DNA of 64,000 bases from contig MU008151.1 of NCBI GenBank assembly GCA_010909165.1, positions 434,001 to 498,000 of the forward strand. The letters run 5' to 3'. The notes under the pieces were generated by a model that saw only the letters and a list, made by a program, of their open reading frames with translations, made no database searches and was not told the DNA's origin. Position 1 is the stretch's first letter. Each line of letters begins with the position of its first letter. The position numbers were made by a program, and so were the translations under genes. Of this stretch, positions 48,508 through 62,743 are shown piece after piece. The stretch is from Anthoceros angustus (lineage: Eukaryota; Plantae; Anthocerotophyta).

Positions 48508-49137
48508 ATGAGGCGCGTTGGGGTTAAACACAAATTACAGGACTCGGATACATTGCCCAAGATGGAGGCAACAAAAATGTGCAAGAGAACAAAGACACTC
48601 GACACATGTAAACCATCGAAAGTACATGAGCATGAAAAGACGGCATCGACTAATATTTTCGGTCGCTTCGTAGCATCTAAAGGAACTCGTATACTCAAAC
48701 AAGATAGGTACAAAGTTGTGCGCGTTGTAGGGGACAGGAAGTGTCTATTTCGCTCCGTGACAGCCTCAAACTTCCAAGGTTCGAAACCACTGTTGGATGA
48801 CGAGAGGCAAGAGCGTGTGGCAGACATCCTCCGAAGTTGGGCTATTGCTGAATTGGAAAAACAAAGGCAAACTTACGTGGATGTAGTCGAAGGAGACTTC
48901 ACCAACTATGTCAAAAGGATGAAGAGGAGCATGGAATGGGACGGCGAACTCGAGATCCTGATGCTAGTACACATTCTACACCGGCCCATCTGCGTTTATG
49001 TGGAGTGCGAGGGCGGTGTCATGCCCCTGCAGACGTATGAGCCCATCGAAGCGTGCAAAAATGACTCATGTACCATCACCATATGGTACGACGGACGAAG
49101 TCATTACAATTGCATTCACCTGCTTCATGGTTACTAG
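48508..49137 (+). CDS. Intronless OTU-domain cysteine protease (deubiquitinase), divergent plant OTU3/OTU4-like
   Basis: VGDRKCLFRSV (Asp/Cys), ADILR, VEGDFTNYVKRM, EWDGELEI..HIL..PICVY, IWYDGRSHYN (His/Asn) are collinear with the recalled plant OTU4 core GDGRCLFRSV..ADELR..VEGDFDTYV..WGGEPE..HVL..PITVY..GHYD. Confidence 0.82.
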   Translation: MRRVGVKHKLQDSDTLPKMEATKMCKRTKTLDTCKPSKVHEHEKTASTNIFGRFVASKGTRILKQDRYKVVRVVGDRKCLFRSVTASNFQGSKPLLDDERQERVADILRSWAIAELEKQRQTYVDVVEGDFTNYVKRMKRSMEWDGELEILMLVHILHRPICVYVECEGGVMPLQTYEPIEACKNDSCTITIWYDGRSHYNCIHLLHGY

Positions 49138-50836
49138 CTATAAAGCAGACTGGTTGTCACAGCGTAGAAGAGTAGGAGAGAGCTTCTCTTTTTTAACAAA
49201 CTTGAGGAAGGATCTCTCCCACTCAACTTCCTTGGCAGCATCTGTGAGGGATTTATATTCGGCTTCAGTATTAGAAAGAGCAATATTGGTCTGCTTCTTG
49301 TAACCCCAGCTAATGGCAGCATTTGCAAGAAGGAGAATAGAATGATATAGACAAGCTTTTGCGACAGGAGCTAATATGATCTAAATTAGTCGAAGTAATT
49401 TCGTTTTCATATTTCTTTCGTCAATTGATTGAGCACAAACTTCACCATAAAAATAGAAGTATGAGCTGAGAGTCAAAACATATCAATTTTTATGTGTTTT
49501 ATTAGTTTTATTCAACCTTTCTTGTTTAGGGAAGCTGATATTTGCAAGCAATTAAACATGACAACACACAAGCATTCTCTGCTTACCCTACCAATAGCCC
49601 ATGCATATTTGTATTTTAGATTACCCATTTGAGTAAACAATTCATATAGAGAAATTTCAATCGATCATACATATTCTTCAACGGACCAAATTTTGTATGT
49701 AAGATTTTGTTATAATACAAAGCTATGCTCAAGCTATGATGGTTTTTCATAATATTATATATTAGGGCCAATGGCTTAGACTGGAATTAATTTGTGCACG
49801 ACTTTCTTTCATTCTTCATCCTTGCCCAATTTCACAAATTCTGCTTTCTTCAACAATTTGATAGACCAATCACAGATTAGCAATAATGTGATCTTCAACT
49901 TCTTTTTGAGGACGGCCTACAGGCTTCTTGGTCTTGGACAATATGTATGGTCACTGGACACAACAACACACTATGTGAAGGCTTGCTGAGCAAATAGCTT
50001 AGAATCTTCACTGCTAGTGACATAAGCCATACTTGCTTTGAGGTTATCATTTTAAGAGTAAGCCAATTGGTTAATGTAGAACAAAGTGGTGAAGAAAGTA
50101 GAACAAAGTGGTGGAGACTGAAGAAAGCAAATGAAGAACTCGAAAGAGTAGTTTTTGTTACAATCCGAAGCTACAGTAGTAAGGCGGCTAGCACATAGGT
50201 ATGGTGTGAAGCAATATGACCAATGCCACATGACAACCTAGACGATAGCCCCGCTGCAAACACACAAGCCGGTGACAAAGAAGAAGACGACGAAATTTTG
50301 ATCCAATTAACTCCTAATTATGCTCAAGACCACTTGTATTGTGATCATAATCGTAAGCTCGGAAAACAAACAAGACCGGAGGCCGTTCCTATTTCGGTTC
50401 TCACAATCTTGTAGCCATGAGATGAATTTTATGTACTGGTAATCAAGAGGGAGAAACATGACAAGACCCTTAAAAAATATGGATCCATGCGTGAGAGCAA
50501 CTATGATCCAAAAAAGTGTGATGAAGATCCTTTGTCAAAACATCAAAATTACAAGATTGCAAAGGTGAACACCCGTTCTCGAAAGACCATAAGGTGTCAC
50601 GTGCAGAAACAGGGGATATCATTCTACTCCCGATAACAGCTACAACTGGGTTGGAAGAAATTAGGGTATACAGTACCTACCTCGATGCGGGGGCCGGGGC
50701 CACATTCTGTTCGCTTGCGTGTTGCTATAGGTACGTGCGCCTTTTGTCCTGCCTTGTCCATTTTTAAAAATGTACTGGCCAAAGCTGGAACCCAGAGTTT
50801 GAACCCACGCACCTCCAGGTTGACCGTGGTTATTAT

Positions 50837-51162
50837 AACGGCTCCAGACGGAACGGGGTCGGGCGGGACCGTGCTTCAAACGTCAAATTCTGGCGCCTCA
50901 CACGATTGGCGCCAGGCGTGCCCCCCTTTTTCAACGTGACCGCGAGGCGATACTGGCGCAACCCCCCGGTTCCAGTTCAAATTCAAAGTGGACGTACTGT
51001 ATCGCCAGTTCCGCCGCGCAACGGGTTACCGGCATCCCGTTTGCCGGTTCGCATTTCAAAATGCGCGGGCCCGCGCAGTCGGGCCGCCACGTGTCCGTTT
51101 CCCCGCCCAGCCTGCACTGCTCGCGCACTGCTTCTAATGCAAGGCGCAATGCGCAATCCGTT
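50837..51162 (+). promoter_or_regulatory. Cell-cycle promoter module: MSA cores (AACGG, both strands), CHR-like TTCAAA motifs and one E2F-type site
   Basis: AACGG at 50837, 50852, 51020; CCGTT at 51037, 51095, 51158; TTCAAA at 50875, 50976, 50982, 51055; ATTGGCGC at 50905. All are 400-720 bp upstream of the cyclin A ATG. Confidence 0.55.
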
Positions 51163-51558
51163 GCTCCGTCTAGTCTGGTCCCTCGCTCCGAGCGGGCTGC
51201 TGGTGTGGAGCCAGCCGCTGTCGCATTTGCTGCTGTGGTGAGAAGCGATCGAGGTTGCGGCGCTGCTGGTTTGTGTGGTGTGGAAATCGGAGGAGCTCCG
51301 GCGGTGATCTAGGTTTTTTGTGGTGGTGCATTCTTTTGTTTTTGTGAGAGCTGCTGCGAATTGGAGGCTGGAGAGGTGCGGCGGAGGCAATTCTGGCCTA
51401 GGTGGAGGTTGCAGATGCAAGAAAGGAGGTCGATGCAAGCAGGGACTGGAGAAGGCATGGGAAGCGTGAGAAAGCTGCAGAGAAGCAACAGGTGAAGCGG
51501 AGAGTGGGGTGGAGAGCTCCCGGAGGCCGAGTGTGTGGAAGAAGAAGTGCCGGAGGCC

Positions 51559-54088
51559 ATGTCCGGAGCCGGGGAGCCTGCTGCGGCTGCTGCTCGCCGG
51601 CAGCGGACTCGGGCGTCGTACTCCGGTACCAGTGGTGCTGCAAGCGGTGCTCTGACCGGTGCTATGAGCGGTGCTGGTGCTGGTGCTGGTGCTGGTGCTG
51701 GTGCTGGCCCGGGGGTCGCTGGAGAGGACATGAGGCGGACGAGAGCTGCCGCGAAGCGTGCGGCCATGGATGAGACCGCTCGGGCTGCGTCCACTGCTCC
51801 GGTGCAGCAGGCCAAGAAACGTGCGGCGCTGGCCAATCTTTCTAACCATTCCAACATCCCTGCGTCCCGGACCGTGTCCAAGGCTCAGGTGAGGTGCTGG
51901 TTTGATTTGTGCTTGGACTGAGAGTATGCTGTGAAGGATGCGGCCTGAGCTTGTTTTGGCTTTGTGAGCTTCAGGCTGTGGTGCAGTCGGCAAAGGGGAA
52001 GACGCGAGCAGTGGCAGCCCGGGAGGTGGAGAATGGACATCCGGCGAGTGCTAGCGCGCTGTCTAGAAAAAGCTCTTCCAACGTGGGGCCGAATGCTACA
52101 CGGAGTACGGCCACCAGCGCTACTTCGGCGCATAGCAATGAAAATGCTCCCCCTGCTGGAGCAGATGGGAACGTAGATATGAAGGAGGAGGAGAGGGCTG
52201 CTGAAAGTCTTGTGGTCGGAAGCCAGAGCTCAACGGATCAGGAGCCTCCGGTGAATGTAAATGCCGCCACCATAGCTTCGCTGGAGAGGAGAACTAACCA
52301 AAATCTCTACATTTCGAGGGAATCAAAGCCCAGAGTTAGAGCAGGTAGGATTCTTTCTGCTTCCCGCGTTCTCATTTTCTTGCTGCATTTTTTGTTCTTC
52401 CAGGATCTCATGGATACCTGTGATGGCACAGGAGGACTCTTTGTGGATACCGCTACTGAAGGAGTAGGTTGGTCGAATAGGTTGAACTACACAGACATTG
52501 ATATCGACAATGCGGACCCTCAGATGTGCAGTGTGTACGCTACAGACATTTACCAGCACCTGCGCCTTTCGGAGGTGAGGTGTCTTGCCTCGTTGCTTCT
52601 AAAGAGTTTGTTTACTGCTTTTAATTGTTCTGCTCAGTGCTGGGCCCAGTGACATTTCCTGATGTGTTGCTCCTCCGTTTTCCAGCTGAAGAGGAGACCT
52701 GCCACCGACTTCATGGAGAACATCCAGCAGGACATCAACTCCAGCATGAGAGGAATTCTCATAGACTGGCTCGTTGAGGTGCGTTGAGTGTCACCGTCAA
52801 ACTATCTTTCTTGCTGAATAACGAAGTTTGATTCTAACTCAGTTTGAGTCAATGCTTCAGGTTGCTGAAGAGTATAAACTTGTGCCGGACACACTTTACC
52901 TTACCGTGTCCTACATCGACCGTTTCCTGTCTGCCAATATTGTGAATCGACAGCGTCTGCAACTGCTTGGCGTGTCCTGCATGCTCATTGCAGCGTGAGT
53001 CTTAGCTGTTGCACCCAGTCTTTCAGGAAGCGCGTAGCGTTTCGATCCAGTGTCTTACCAGCCTTTTCTGTTCAGCAAATACGAGGAGATCTGTGCACCC
53101 CAGGTTGAAGAGTTCTGCTACATCACCGATAATACTTATGCGAAAGAAGAAGTGAGTGGCGAGCAAATCCACTTTTTTTACTACTCGAAAGTCATGATCA
53201 CGATCTCAACTTCTGTTTGCTGAGCATGGTCTCTTGGTGAATCGTGAATCCAGGTTTTGGAGATGGAAAGACGCGTTCTTAACAATTTGCGGTTTGAGTT
53301 GACTACACCCACAACCAAGAGTTTTCTTCGGTACGTCGGCTTGTCCTCTGTTTTCATCGATTTGTACTCCTGTGGCCTACATGGTTCATTGGCTTCTGCT
53401 TCGTCGCCTTTTAACAATCATGTTGCTGTGACGTACAGACGGTTCATTCGCGCGGCGCAAGCTGGCTTCAAGGTCAGGCCTCTGCGAAGCTCGATTCTCA
53501 TTTGCAACTCATATCTGCGTCCTGTCGTTCTGACCAGCTTGTGAATTCTGCAGGTTCCTACTCTTCAGCTGGAATTTCTTGGGAACTTCCTCGCTGAGCT
53601 TACTCTAGTGGAGTATTCGTTCCTGCACTACCTCCCATCTTTGGTGGCAGCCTCTGCCGTCTTTGTGGCCAAGCTGACCCTCGACCCTGCAACCAGGCCC
53701 TGGGTATGTCTGTCAGTTTGCTCGTTCAGTTCCTGCAGTTTCTTTCTGTTTCTGTCCGCATGTCTGACCCAGCTTTCCCCGTCTACAGAATGCCACGTTG
53801 CAGCATTACACTGGCTACCGACCATCAGAACTCAGGGAATGTGTGCACGCCATCCACGAACTGCAGAACAACACCAAGAAATGCACACTGCCTGCTATTC
53901 GAGAGAAGTACAAGCAGCATAAGGTTGGTGCCGCCTTCCACTTTTGTCGCTGCTGCCCTTGTCTATATCTTGTGATTGAGTTGTGGTTCTCACTCGCATT
54001 TTTACTTGCCCATCAGTTCAAGTGCGTGTCAGCTTTGGCAGCCGTGGGACCTGTCCCAGAGGAATACTTCCAAGATCTGGACTGCTAG
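51559..54088 (+). CDS. CYCA: A-type cyclin, multi-exon
   Basis: D-box RAALANLSN; DPQMCSVYATDIYQHLR; MRGILIDWLVE|VAEEYKLVPDTLYLTVSYIDRFLS, LQLLGVSCMLIA.KYEEICAPQVEEFCYITDNTY, PTTKSFLR, YLPSLVAASAVF, AIREKYKQHK|FKCV; (GGTGCT)n Gly-Ala repeat near 51670-51706. Confidence 0.95.
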
Positions 54089-54477
54089 TGCCAAGTTTTG
54101 AGATGTTCCATTGTTGTAATGAGAATTTGTGGAGGCTCGACAAGAGACTGTCGACGTCCGTGGACACTAATTTCTATTTCGTCGCGTAGATTCTGGCACT
54201 GATCTTTTAGGATTGACAATTCATTCCTCCTGCAACGCTCAGTCTAGCCTGCTTTCTCCTTGCCGGCCCCCTTTTCCCAGTCCAGGACATGTGATTTCAA
54301 CATGCCCCTGCTTTTAAGCTAGATGCAGGTTGTAACCCAGGCTGGCCCCATGAGAGCAGAGCAGCAATGTGCAAGTAAGTAGACAGCCCCGTCCCCTTGC
54401 AAGCCGCAAGCAACTCATCTGTATATTTATGAACGTCTGATCCCCGTCAGTCAGAAGTAGGTAGTCTCCTTCCCTTG

Positions 54478-56838
54478 TCATCTCCCTTGCAGCTGAACGT
54501 CCAACCCAAGGTAGGATTCTGAAGGAACCCAATCTTCCGACTTGGACTGGATTAGCCCACTGCTTTCGTGCGTGCCGAGCGGAGAGAGCGTGGGACTAGG
54601 AAATGCAAATGCCATGTATTGAATGCTCTTGATCTTACTCACCACCTCCTGCATGCTGGGTCTGTCATCCTTCTCCGTGGCCAGGCACTGGAAACCCAGC
54701 TCCGCCAGCGCCATGGCCGCATTCTTGGCGCCCTCGGTGTTCGTCAGCCCCGGCTCCAGCAGCTCCTCCATCGCCCCGCTCTGAATCCTCGCGGCCGCCA
54801 TGGCCGACAGGTTCACCTCCCCCCTCTCCCTGCTCATGTCCACCGCCTTCTTCCCGGAAACGAGCTCCATGAGCACCACCCCCAGACTGTACACGTCGCT
54901 CTTGTCGCTGAGATGGTAGGACTGGTGGTAGTCCGGGTCGAGGTAGCCCGGCGTGCCCTGCGGCGCAGTCGACACATGCGTCCGATCCACGTCGTGCAGT
55001 CGACTGAGCCCGAAGTCGCCCACCTTGGCCCGGCATCCCTCGTCCAAGAGAATGTTGCTGGACTTGACGTCGCGGTGCACGATCGGCGGGTGCAGCGAGT
55101 GGAGGTGGGCCAACGCCTCCGCCACTTCCACCGCTATGGACAAGCGGGTGCGGCAGTTGAGAGACGGAACGGAACGGGGCCCGTGGAGATGCTCCGCCAG
55201 CGTTCCGTTGCCCACGTACTCGTACACCAGAATGCGCTGCTCCGGGCAGCAGCCGTAGAGCCGCACCAGGTTGGGGTGTTTGGCCTGGAATCCGAATAGC
55301 AGATACGAGTCAGATACGAATCAGCCGTATTGAGAATACAGAAGAATCTCGAGGCTCAAGGTCTGGCACTTTTGGACATGGAAGAGCAAATGAGAGCATG
55401 CACCTGAGAGAGCACGGTGAGCTCGGCCATGAACTGTTGCCTGCCTTGGAGGTTAGCCTGGTGGAGCTTCTTGACAGCCACTTGGCGGCCATCTTTGAGC
55501 TTGCCTCTGTACACCACGCTGAAGCCGCCTCCTCCGATCCGCCTCTCTGCTGCGAAGTTCTTGGTTGCCGTTGCCAGCTCCTTGTAGGAGAACCTTGTCG
55601 GATCTGTACGTGCAGTCCGGCCTCCACAGGTGAGTGGATGGAGGTCCAGTCCGCTTGTCTTGGTTAGGACAAGCTAGGGTAGAAAAAGACAAGCCGGGCC
55701 AGAGGAGTGACCTGAGGACGACCCGGAGCCTGCGTCCATGATGGTGGCGATGTTCTGCATCTGCTTGCCGTGTGATCGCCTGCTTTTCCAGGATTTCAGT
55801 CTTCGGCGGCCGAGGAGGAAACACAAGATGGAAGCGGCAACCCCTGCTCCACCTGCCGCCACGCCTGTTCACGAGCCGGAGCCGGAGCCATGATGCTGTC
55901 AGTAAACTCCATCACGGACAATTTCATGAACTCCAAAGCAAGCTAGCGGGCAGATTCCAGCTCACCTCCTAACACAGGGCCTAGCTTGTTTGCAGACGAA
56001 GGTGAGGACGAAGGGGTGTTGTCTTCAGGCGTAGATACATTGTACGAAAATTCAATCGTCGGAGAGCACACAATGGTTAAGGAACGGTCAGGGCTCGGAT
56101 ACTGGAGGATGCTCGAGTATGGTAGGGTTGAACTTCCTGGACACCAATTCAAATCCAGCACGTCAAGAACCTGTGACAGATTTAAACTCCTATGCTTCTC
56201 ACATTTGGAATCCAAAATCACATCTCACCATCTGGCGGTTTGTCAGTGACGCAGAAGTAATTCGGGTGCGTTGGATTGAAACACAGCGAGCTCCGGGAAA
56301 CCAAGAGACCCGGATCGGGCGCGTTCTGGTAGATGGTGGCGTTCCAATTCTCTTGAATGCCTCCGTCACAGTCATGACTACCGAACTTGGCATCTCCAAA
56401 TGTACTACAGAGCTTGGTGAAGGGCAACGTCCAGTTGTCGGGGGAGAATACGATGAATGTGCTGCTCATCGATAATATGCTCGCGTCAGGAGGTGTGAAT
56501 TTCCCGGCCCGAGGACCTTCCAACGTGCTGCAATCGAGAAGGCTGGTGTCGTTGATGCTGATGGTGTGTCTGTTGTAGTCGATGCTGACATCATAGCTCC
56601 CCGATTCAGTGTTGAGGACAAGCCGCGCATCCCCGGTGCACGAAAGCAAACCCTCGAACTTGCGATCCCCGCAACCAGGCTCCAATCCGAATGGATACCG
56701 CACCGTCGTGTCCCCACATACTTTCCTACACGCCTGATCCGAGCCTGCACGCATACCAGCGGGGGCTAAGACCAGAAGCACCACAACCCATACACGAATT
56801 GCGCTCATTTTTTCCCCGAGCAAGAAGGATTCAACCAT
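54478..56838 (-). CDS. WAKL/LRK10L-type receptor kinase (GUB_WAK_bind, TM, RD kinase); one exon junction has an unresolved phase
   Basis: Signal WVVVLLVLAP; CRKVCGDTTVRYPFGLEPGCG; TM GVAAGGAGVAASILCFLL; PTRFSYKELATATKNF..IGGGGFSVVYRGKLKDGRQVAVK, HPNLVRLYGC, HRDVKSSNILLD, STAPQGTPGYLDPDYH, DKSDVYSLGVVL. Confidence 0.88.
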
Positions 56839-57659
56839 CCCCGCCCGCAGCTATCTAGAAATTCGCGATCCAGCTACGGACAGGAAGCGACTGCCCAGTT
56901 TTGTGCTCTGCAGCTGCAGGTGAAGCTGGGATGGAACAAAGGCGCGAGACGCGGAACTGAGGGGAAGCGGAGGAATGAAGGAAGCGGTAGGGAATGCGTG
57001 CGTCTCTGCTCTCTGCAGGGACGGGTTGACGTAGGTCAATACCTGGACAAGCTCAAGCCGCCCTTGTGGCAGCCACATCCTTTTGACCCGGTCTTCTCAG
57101 AGGATTGGCTCTTTCAAATATCGTCAGTTGGAGCCGGTGGTAGAGACCCAGAAAGTGCAGGTCGTTGCACGTCCGGGCATACTTGACATACCAAGACTGG
57201 GTAGATATTTTTTGTGTTTCTGGAGACTGGAATCTTGTCCAATAGGCTAACGAAGTGAAGGCAGATTGCCCCCACTCTGTACCTTGCTAGTGCATGACTT
57301 CTCGGGTGTCCTCCTGGCAACGACTAGGGCAAGTCATTCTTCACGGGATCCCTGATTATGAAATGTCCCCTCAAGACCCCTGCACTGTTCAGGGGGCAAC
57401 TGGAAATGCCAGCAGAAGGTACCACCGTTCCTGCGAGGACCTGTGCCCGAAAAATGTTCTACCAACTGATTAGCGACTTGAATACAATGAAGGCTTCTCA
57501 ACCCTGCTGTTTCTAGCAGCTAGGCACAGACAGCATGACTCCTTGGATTCCCATCAGAGCCTTGCCTTGCCTCATACATGTGCCATGCAGCAGACCATGA
57601 AACTGCTCCCACGCTGTATTTCTGGCTGCCTGAACTGAGATGCATCTGCAAACGAGTTC

Positions 57660-59266
<1,607 letters not shown>

Positions 59267-59465
59267 GAAGAATTTAGCTCGATTTGCAGCGTTCTGAAAT
59301 AAAACACGCAACTTGTAGAGCGTTGTTGAAATCGTAGAAAACGTGGAATAAGGCGAGATGGGATAACCCCTAAAAATGCACTTCACACTAGCTTTTGTTA
59401 TGTGCATAACAGCCAAGCATAGCATCACCAATTTGCGCACGGTGTAGAAACAAAATCAAGAGGAG

Positions 59466-60255
59466 ATGGCGGCAACCCGTGCGCGCATGGCAGCTGTGGA
59501 AGCGGCTTCTCGTCTCTCATTGTATCGCGGCACGGGAGGACAGCTTCATGGAAGCACTGCAGCAGCTGGAGCTGTTCCCATGCTCTTTCGGTCGCAGCCG
59601 CTAGAGGCCGATGCGTGGAGAGGCTTGGATGGGGCTGGGAATGCGGCTTCTCTTTCGGTGCCTCAGATTTGCTGCAGAGGAAGTGACGGGCAAATTTTTG
59701 GAGGATTCGCAGCCGCTGATTTTTTCCGGATGCCTGTGCTTAGGGTGGAAGGGGAACCAGGGGTAGGGCCGGGCAGCAGACCGGGAGATGTGGATCCCTG
59801 GTTGCAGGCGCGGATAGATGAGTGTATGTCTTGGTCTAGATCAAGCCCGTGCTTTGTAAGTGGAGCTGAGGATGGCGTGTAATTGACGTTTGTGACGTGT
59901 GCTCTTTGCAGTGATATGTCCCGGCCAGGATGATGACATATCGAGGTAATCGCTCGGATTAGGTTTTCTCCATTCCGGTGTTTGTGCGTTGTTTCTGGTG
60001 ACTGATTGCCTGACTGTAAATGTTAACTCTTATCAGTCCAATGCTCATGCACACGAGGAGGACGTTCCAGCCGAGCACAATTGTGCGGAAGCGCAGGCAT
60101 GGTTTTTTGGCAAGGTAAGGTTTTGGCAAGGTTTGTCATACATCTTTCCTTTGCTTTTGCTGGATCTTGACGGAAGTTCTCAGATGCAGGCTCGTGTCCT
60201 CGGTGCAGGAAATCTACTGTCGGGGGACGAAGAGTTTTGGCTAGAAGACTATTGA
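59466..60255 (+). CDS. Uncharacterised small protein, possibly mitochondrial, divergently paired with NDUFV2; multi-exon, 3' structure uncertain
   Basis: ATG 59466 opens an Ala/Arg-rich, presequence-like N-terminus; GT-AG sites near 59821-59911, 59946-60037 and 60114 onward link short acidic exons. No family recognised. Confidence 0.5.
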
Positions 60256-60788
60256 AGGGCCGCAGAAAGCTGTCTGCCTGAGTGCTGATCTACGCTTACC
60301 TGAACACAGCTCTGTATCGAATGAGCAGACTTGCGGCAGTACCAGTCTAAGTTAGTCGATAAAGCACCGGCCATTTTCATTTAGTTCATCTTGCAGTCTG
60401 CAACTTTCCCGAACGATTTCAACACTCCAGAAGATTAGCAGGAGGTCGCTCCTTGCTTGTCACAGATGTTATCCGTTTCATGCGCGAACTGCTCTTCCGT
60501 ATTCAAATGCTGTGTAGTTGCAGCTGTAACGTTTGATGTTGTCATGTTGCTCATGTGACTTGTTGGACTGGACGGCATTTGTTGTAACTGACTCGGGTGA
60601 CGGGAGCCTGACCCCGGGTGGTGACCTGTGGCGCAGCGCTGTCCACACTTCGCCGTGAGGCTTCAGCTGGTTCCTTCACAACTCTGTAACTCTTTATTAT
60701 GCGAAAGTGTTGGCTGCCTATCTCTAGGTCCGGCTAGTGCAGCCGCTCAATTTCTCTCGGAGGTAGCTCAAAGGGAGGCAGCCTGTGC

Positions 60789-62168
60789 ATGCAAGGGTCG
60801 GGTGCGATGGCGGTGGCGGCAGCGAACCCGAGGTTGCAGCCGGCCGGCTCCGCCCTCTCCTTGGCTTCCTACGCTCCATCGCATTGTTCCTCTGCACGCG
60901 CCTCTCCTGCAAACGGGGCGTGCTCGGTGTCTGCTTTGAAGCTGGTGGCAAAATGCAGCCGGCGCCATGGCTCCAACGGGCAGCGGATGCACCAGCGGCT
61001 AGGAGCAGCAGAGGCGGACTTTGTGTGGCAAGGATTCAGAGCCGGAGCGCTGGCAGGGACGGAAGAAGCTGCGGCAAGCTCGCCGGGGCGGGGTGCTGTG
61101 AGGTGCAGTGTGTCAGCTAGGCCTGCCTCGCAGCCGCGCTTCATCCAGCACAAGAAGGAGGCGTTCTGGTTCTACCGCTTCCTCTCCATAGTGTACGACC
61201 ACATCATCAACCCTGGCCACTGGACGGAGGACATGCGCGAGGACGCGCTGGAGCCTGCGGACCTCGACAGCAGGGACCTCGTGGTGGTGGACGTCGGTGG
61301 TGGTACGGGGTTCTGCACGCTCGGCGTTGTGAAGCACGTGGATGCCAAGAATGTCACCATTTTGGACCAGTCCCCTCACCAATTGGCCAAGGCGAAGGAG
61401 AAAGAGCCGCTGAAGGATTGCAGAATTATGGAAGGGGATGCTGAGGACTTGCCGTTTGAGACGGACTATGCTGATCGCTATGTTTCTGCAGGGAGGTGAG
61501 GGATTTGTGCTGCCGTGAGCATCATGAAGTGGATCCCGTAGTATTGGCAGCTGCTGTGGACGTTTTGCGGAAATTGATGCTAACATTTGCTCGACGCTTT
61601 GCAGCATTGAGTACTGGCCCGATCCTCAACGGGGAATAACCGAGGCCTACAGAGTCCTGAAACCTGGAGGGAAAGCTTGCTTGATCGGACCAGTTCATCC
61701 TACGTTCTGGCTGTCACGGTTCTTCGCTGACGTGTGGATGCTCTTCCCTACGGAGGAAGAATACATCGACTGGTTCACCAAGGCTGGCTTTCAGAATGTG
61801 CAGCTGAAGAGAATTGGCCCTAAGTGGTATAGAGGTGTCCGCAGACATGGTCTCATCATGGGATGCTCTGTGACAGGCGTGAAACCAGCTCCCGGTCCTT
61901 CCCCACTGCAGGTACGTTTCAGCATCATTTTTTCCATCATTTCCTTCAGCATCATGTGTTGCATCGGGTACCTAGTCCTGACGTTGTCTCTCATCTGGGT
62001 CCTTTTATGCAGCTGGGACCGAAGGCGGAGGATGTGCAAGCTCCTTCCAATCCCCTGTTGTTTCTCTACCGATTTGTGATTGGGAACTTGGCAGCCTTTT
62101 ACTACGTCTTGGTACCAATCTACATGTGGATCAAGGATTTTATCACTCCTAAGGGTCAGCCCATCTAG
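60789..62168 (+). CDS. VTE3: MPBQ/MSBQ methyltransferase (tocopherol/plastoquinone synthesis, 37-kDa inner envelope protein)
   Basis: QPRFIQHKKEAFWFYRFLSIVYDHIINPGHWTEDMR, VVDVGGGTGF, LDQSPHQL, EGDAEDLPF..DRYVSAG|SIEYWPDPQRGI, IGPKWYRGVRRHGLIMGCSVTGVK, YYVLVPIYMWIKD. Confidence 0.96.
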
Positions 62169-62743
62169 GGGCCAGACAATGTACGATTTTGCTGCTCATC
62201 TTAGTTACCTGCGGCGTAATTTTGGGCTTGAGCAACTGACTGACGCGGTTGCTGTCGCTTTCCATTCCGTCTCAACAGACTAGTTGGCGACGTCCATCCT
62301 TTCTGTAGCAACATGTTCGTGTTGCGAGTATCAACTTTGGGTCGAATTCATGGTCCGGCTAATTACAAGCATTCGCATCCAACTTCTGACTCTGTGCCGA
62401 GATCCAACACCGCCTCACCAATGGGATAACTTTACCGATTATCTCCAATGTCGGATGTAGCAAGTCGTCCTGTGGAGCCGAGCCGCATTCCATCTCATCA
62501 TGCACAGACTGCGGCTGCTACTCAGCTTTCTTTGCAAAGTAGGTGAGAAAACATCACTGGAAATTCTAGGTCTGTCACTCAACCAGCTGCTGCTGCCGCA
62601 TAGCCAATTTCTGGTCGAAGTATCAAGATATACACACATATGTAAATCTTTTTCTTAGGAATTGCCCAAGGAGGTAAACCGACAAGCGATCAAGCCTCTG
62701 CACATGACCATGGTATAAGCATGAAGTCCCCTCGTCCATCTCT

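Noticed and set aside
46100-50640. Endogenous giant-virus (NCLDV) insertion as the explanation of the OTU island
   Set aside because: No viral hallmark genes are visible (capsid, packaging ATPase, DNA polymerase B, D5), gene density is low, and the OTU aligns with the plant OTU3/4 type. Kept only as a remote possibility.
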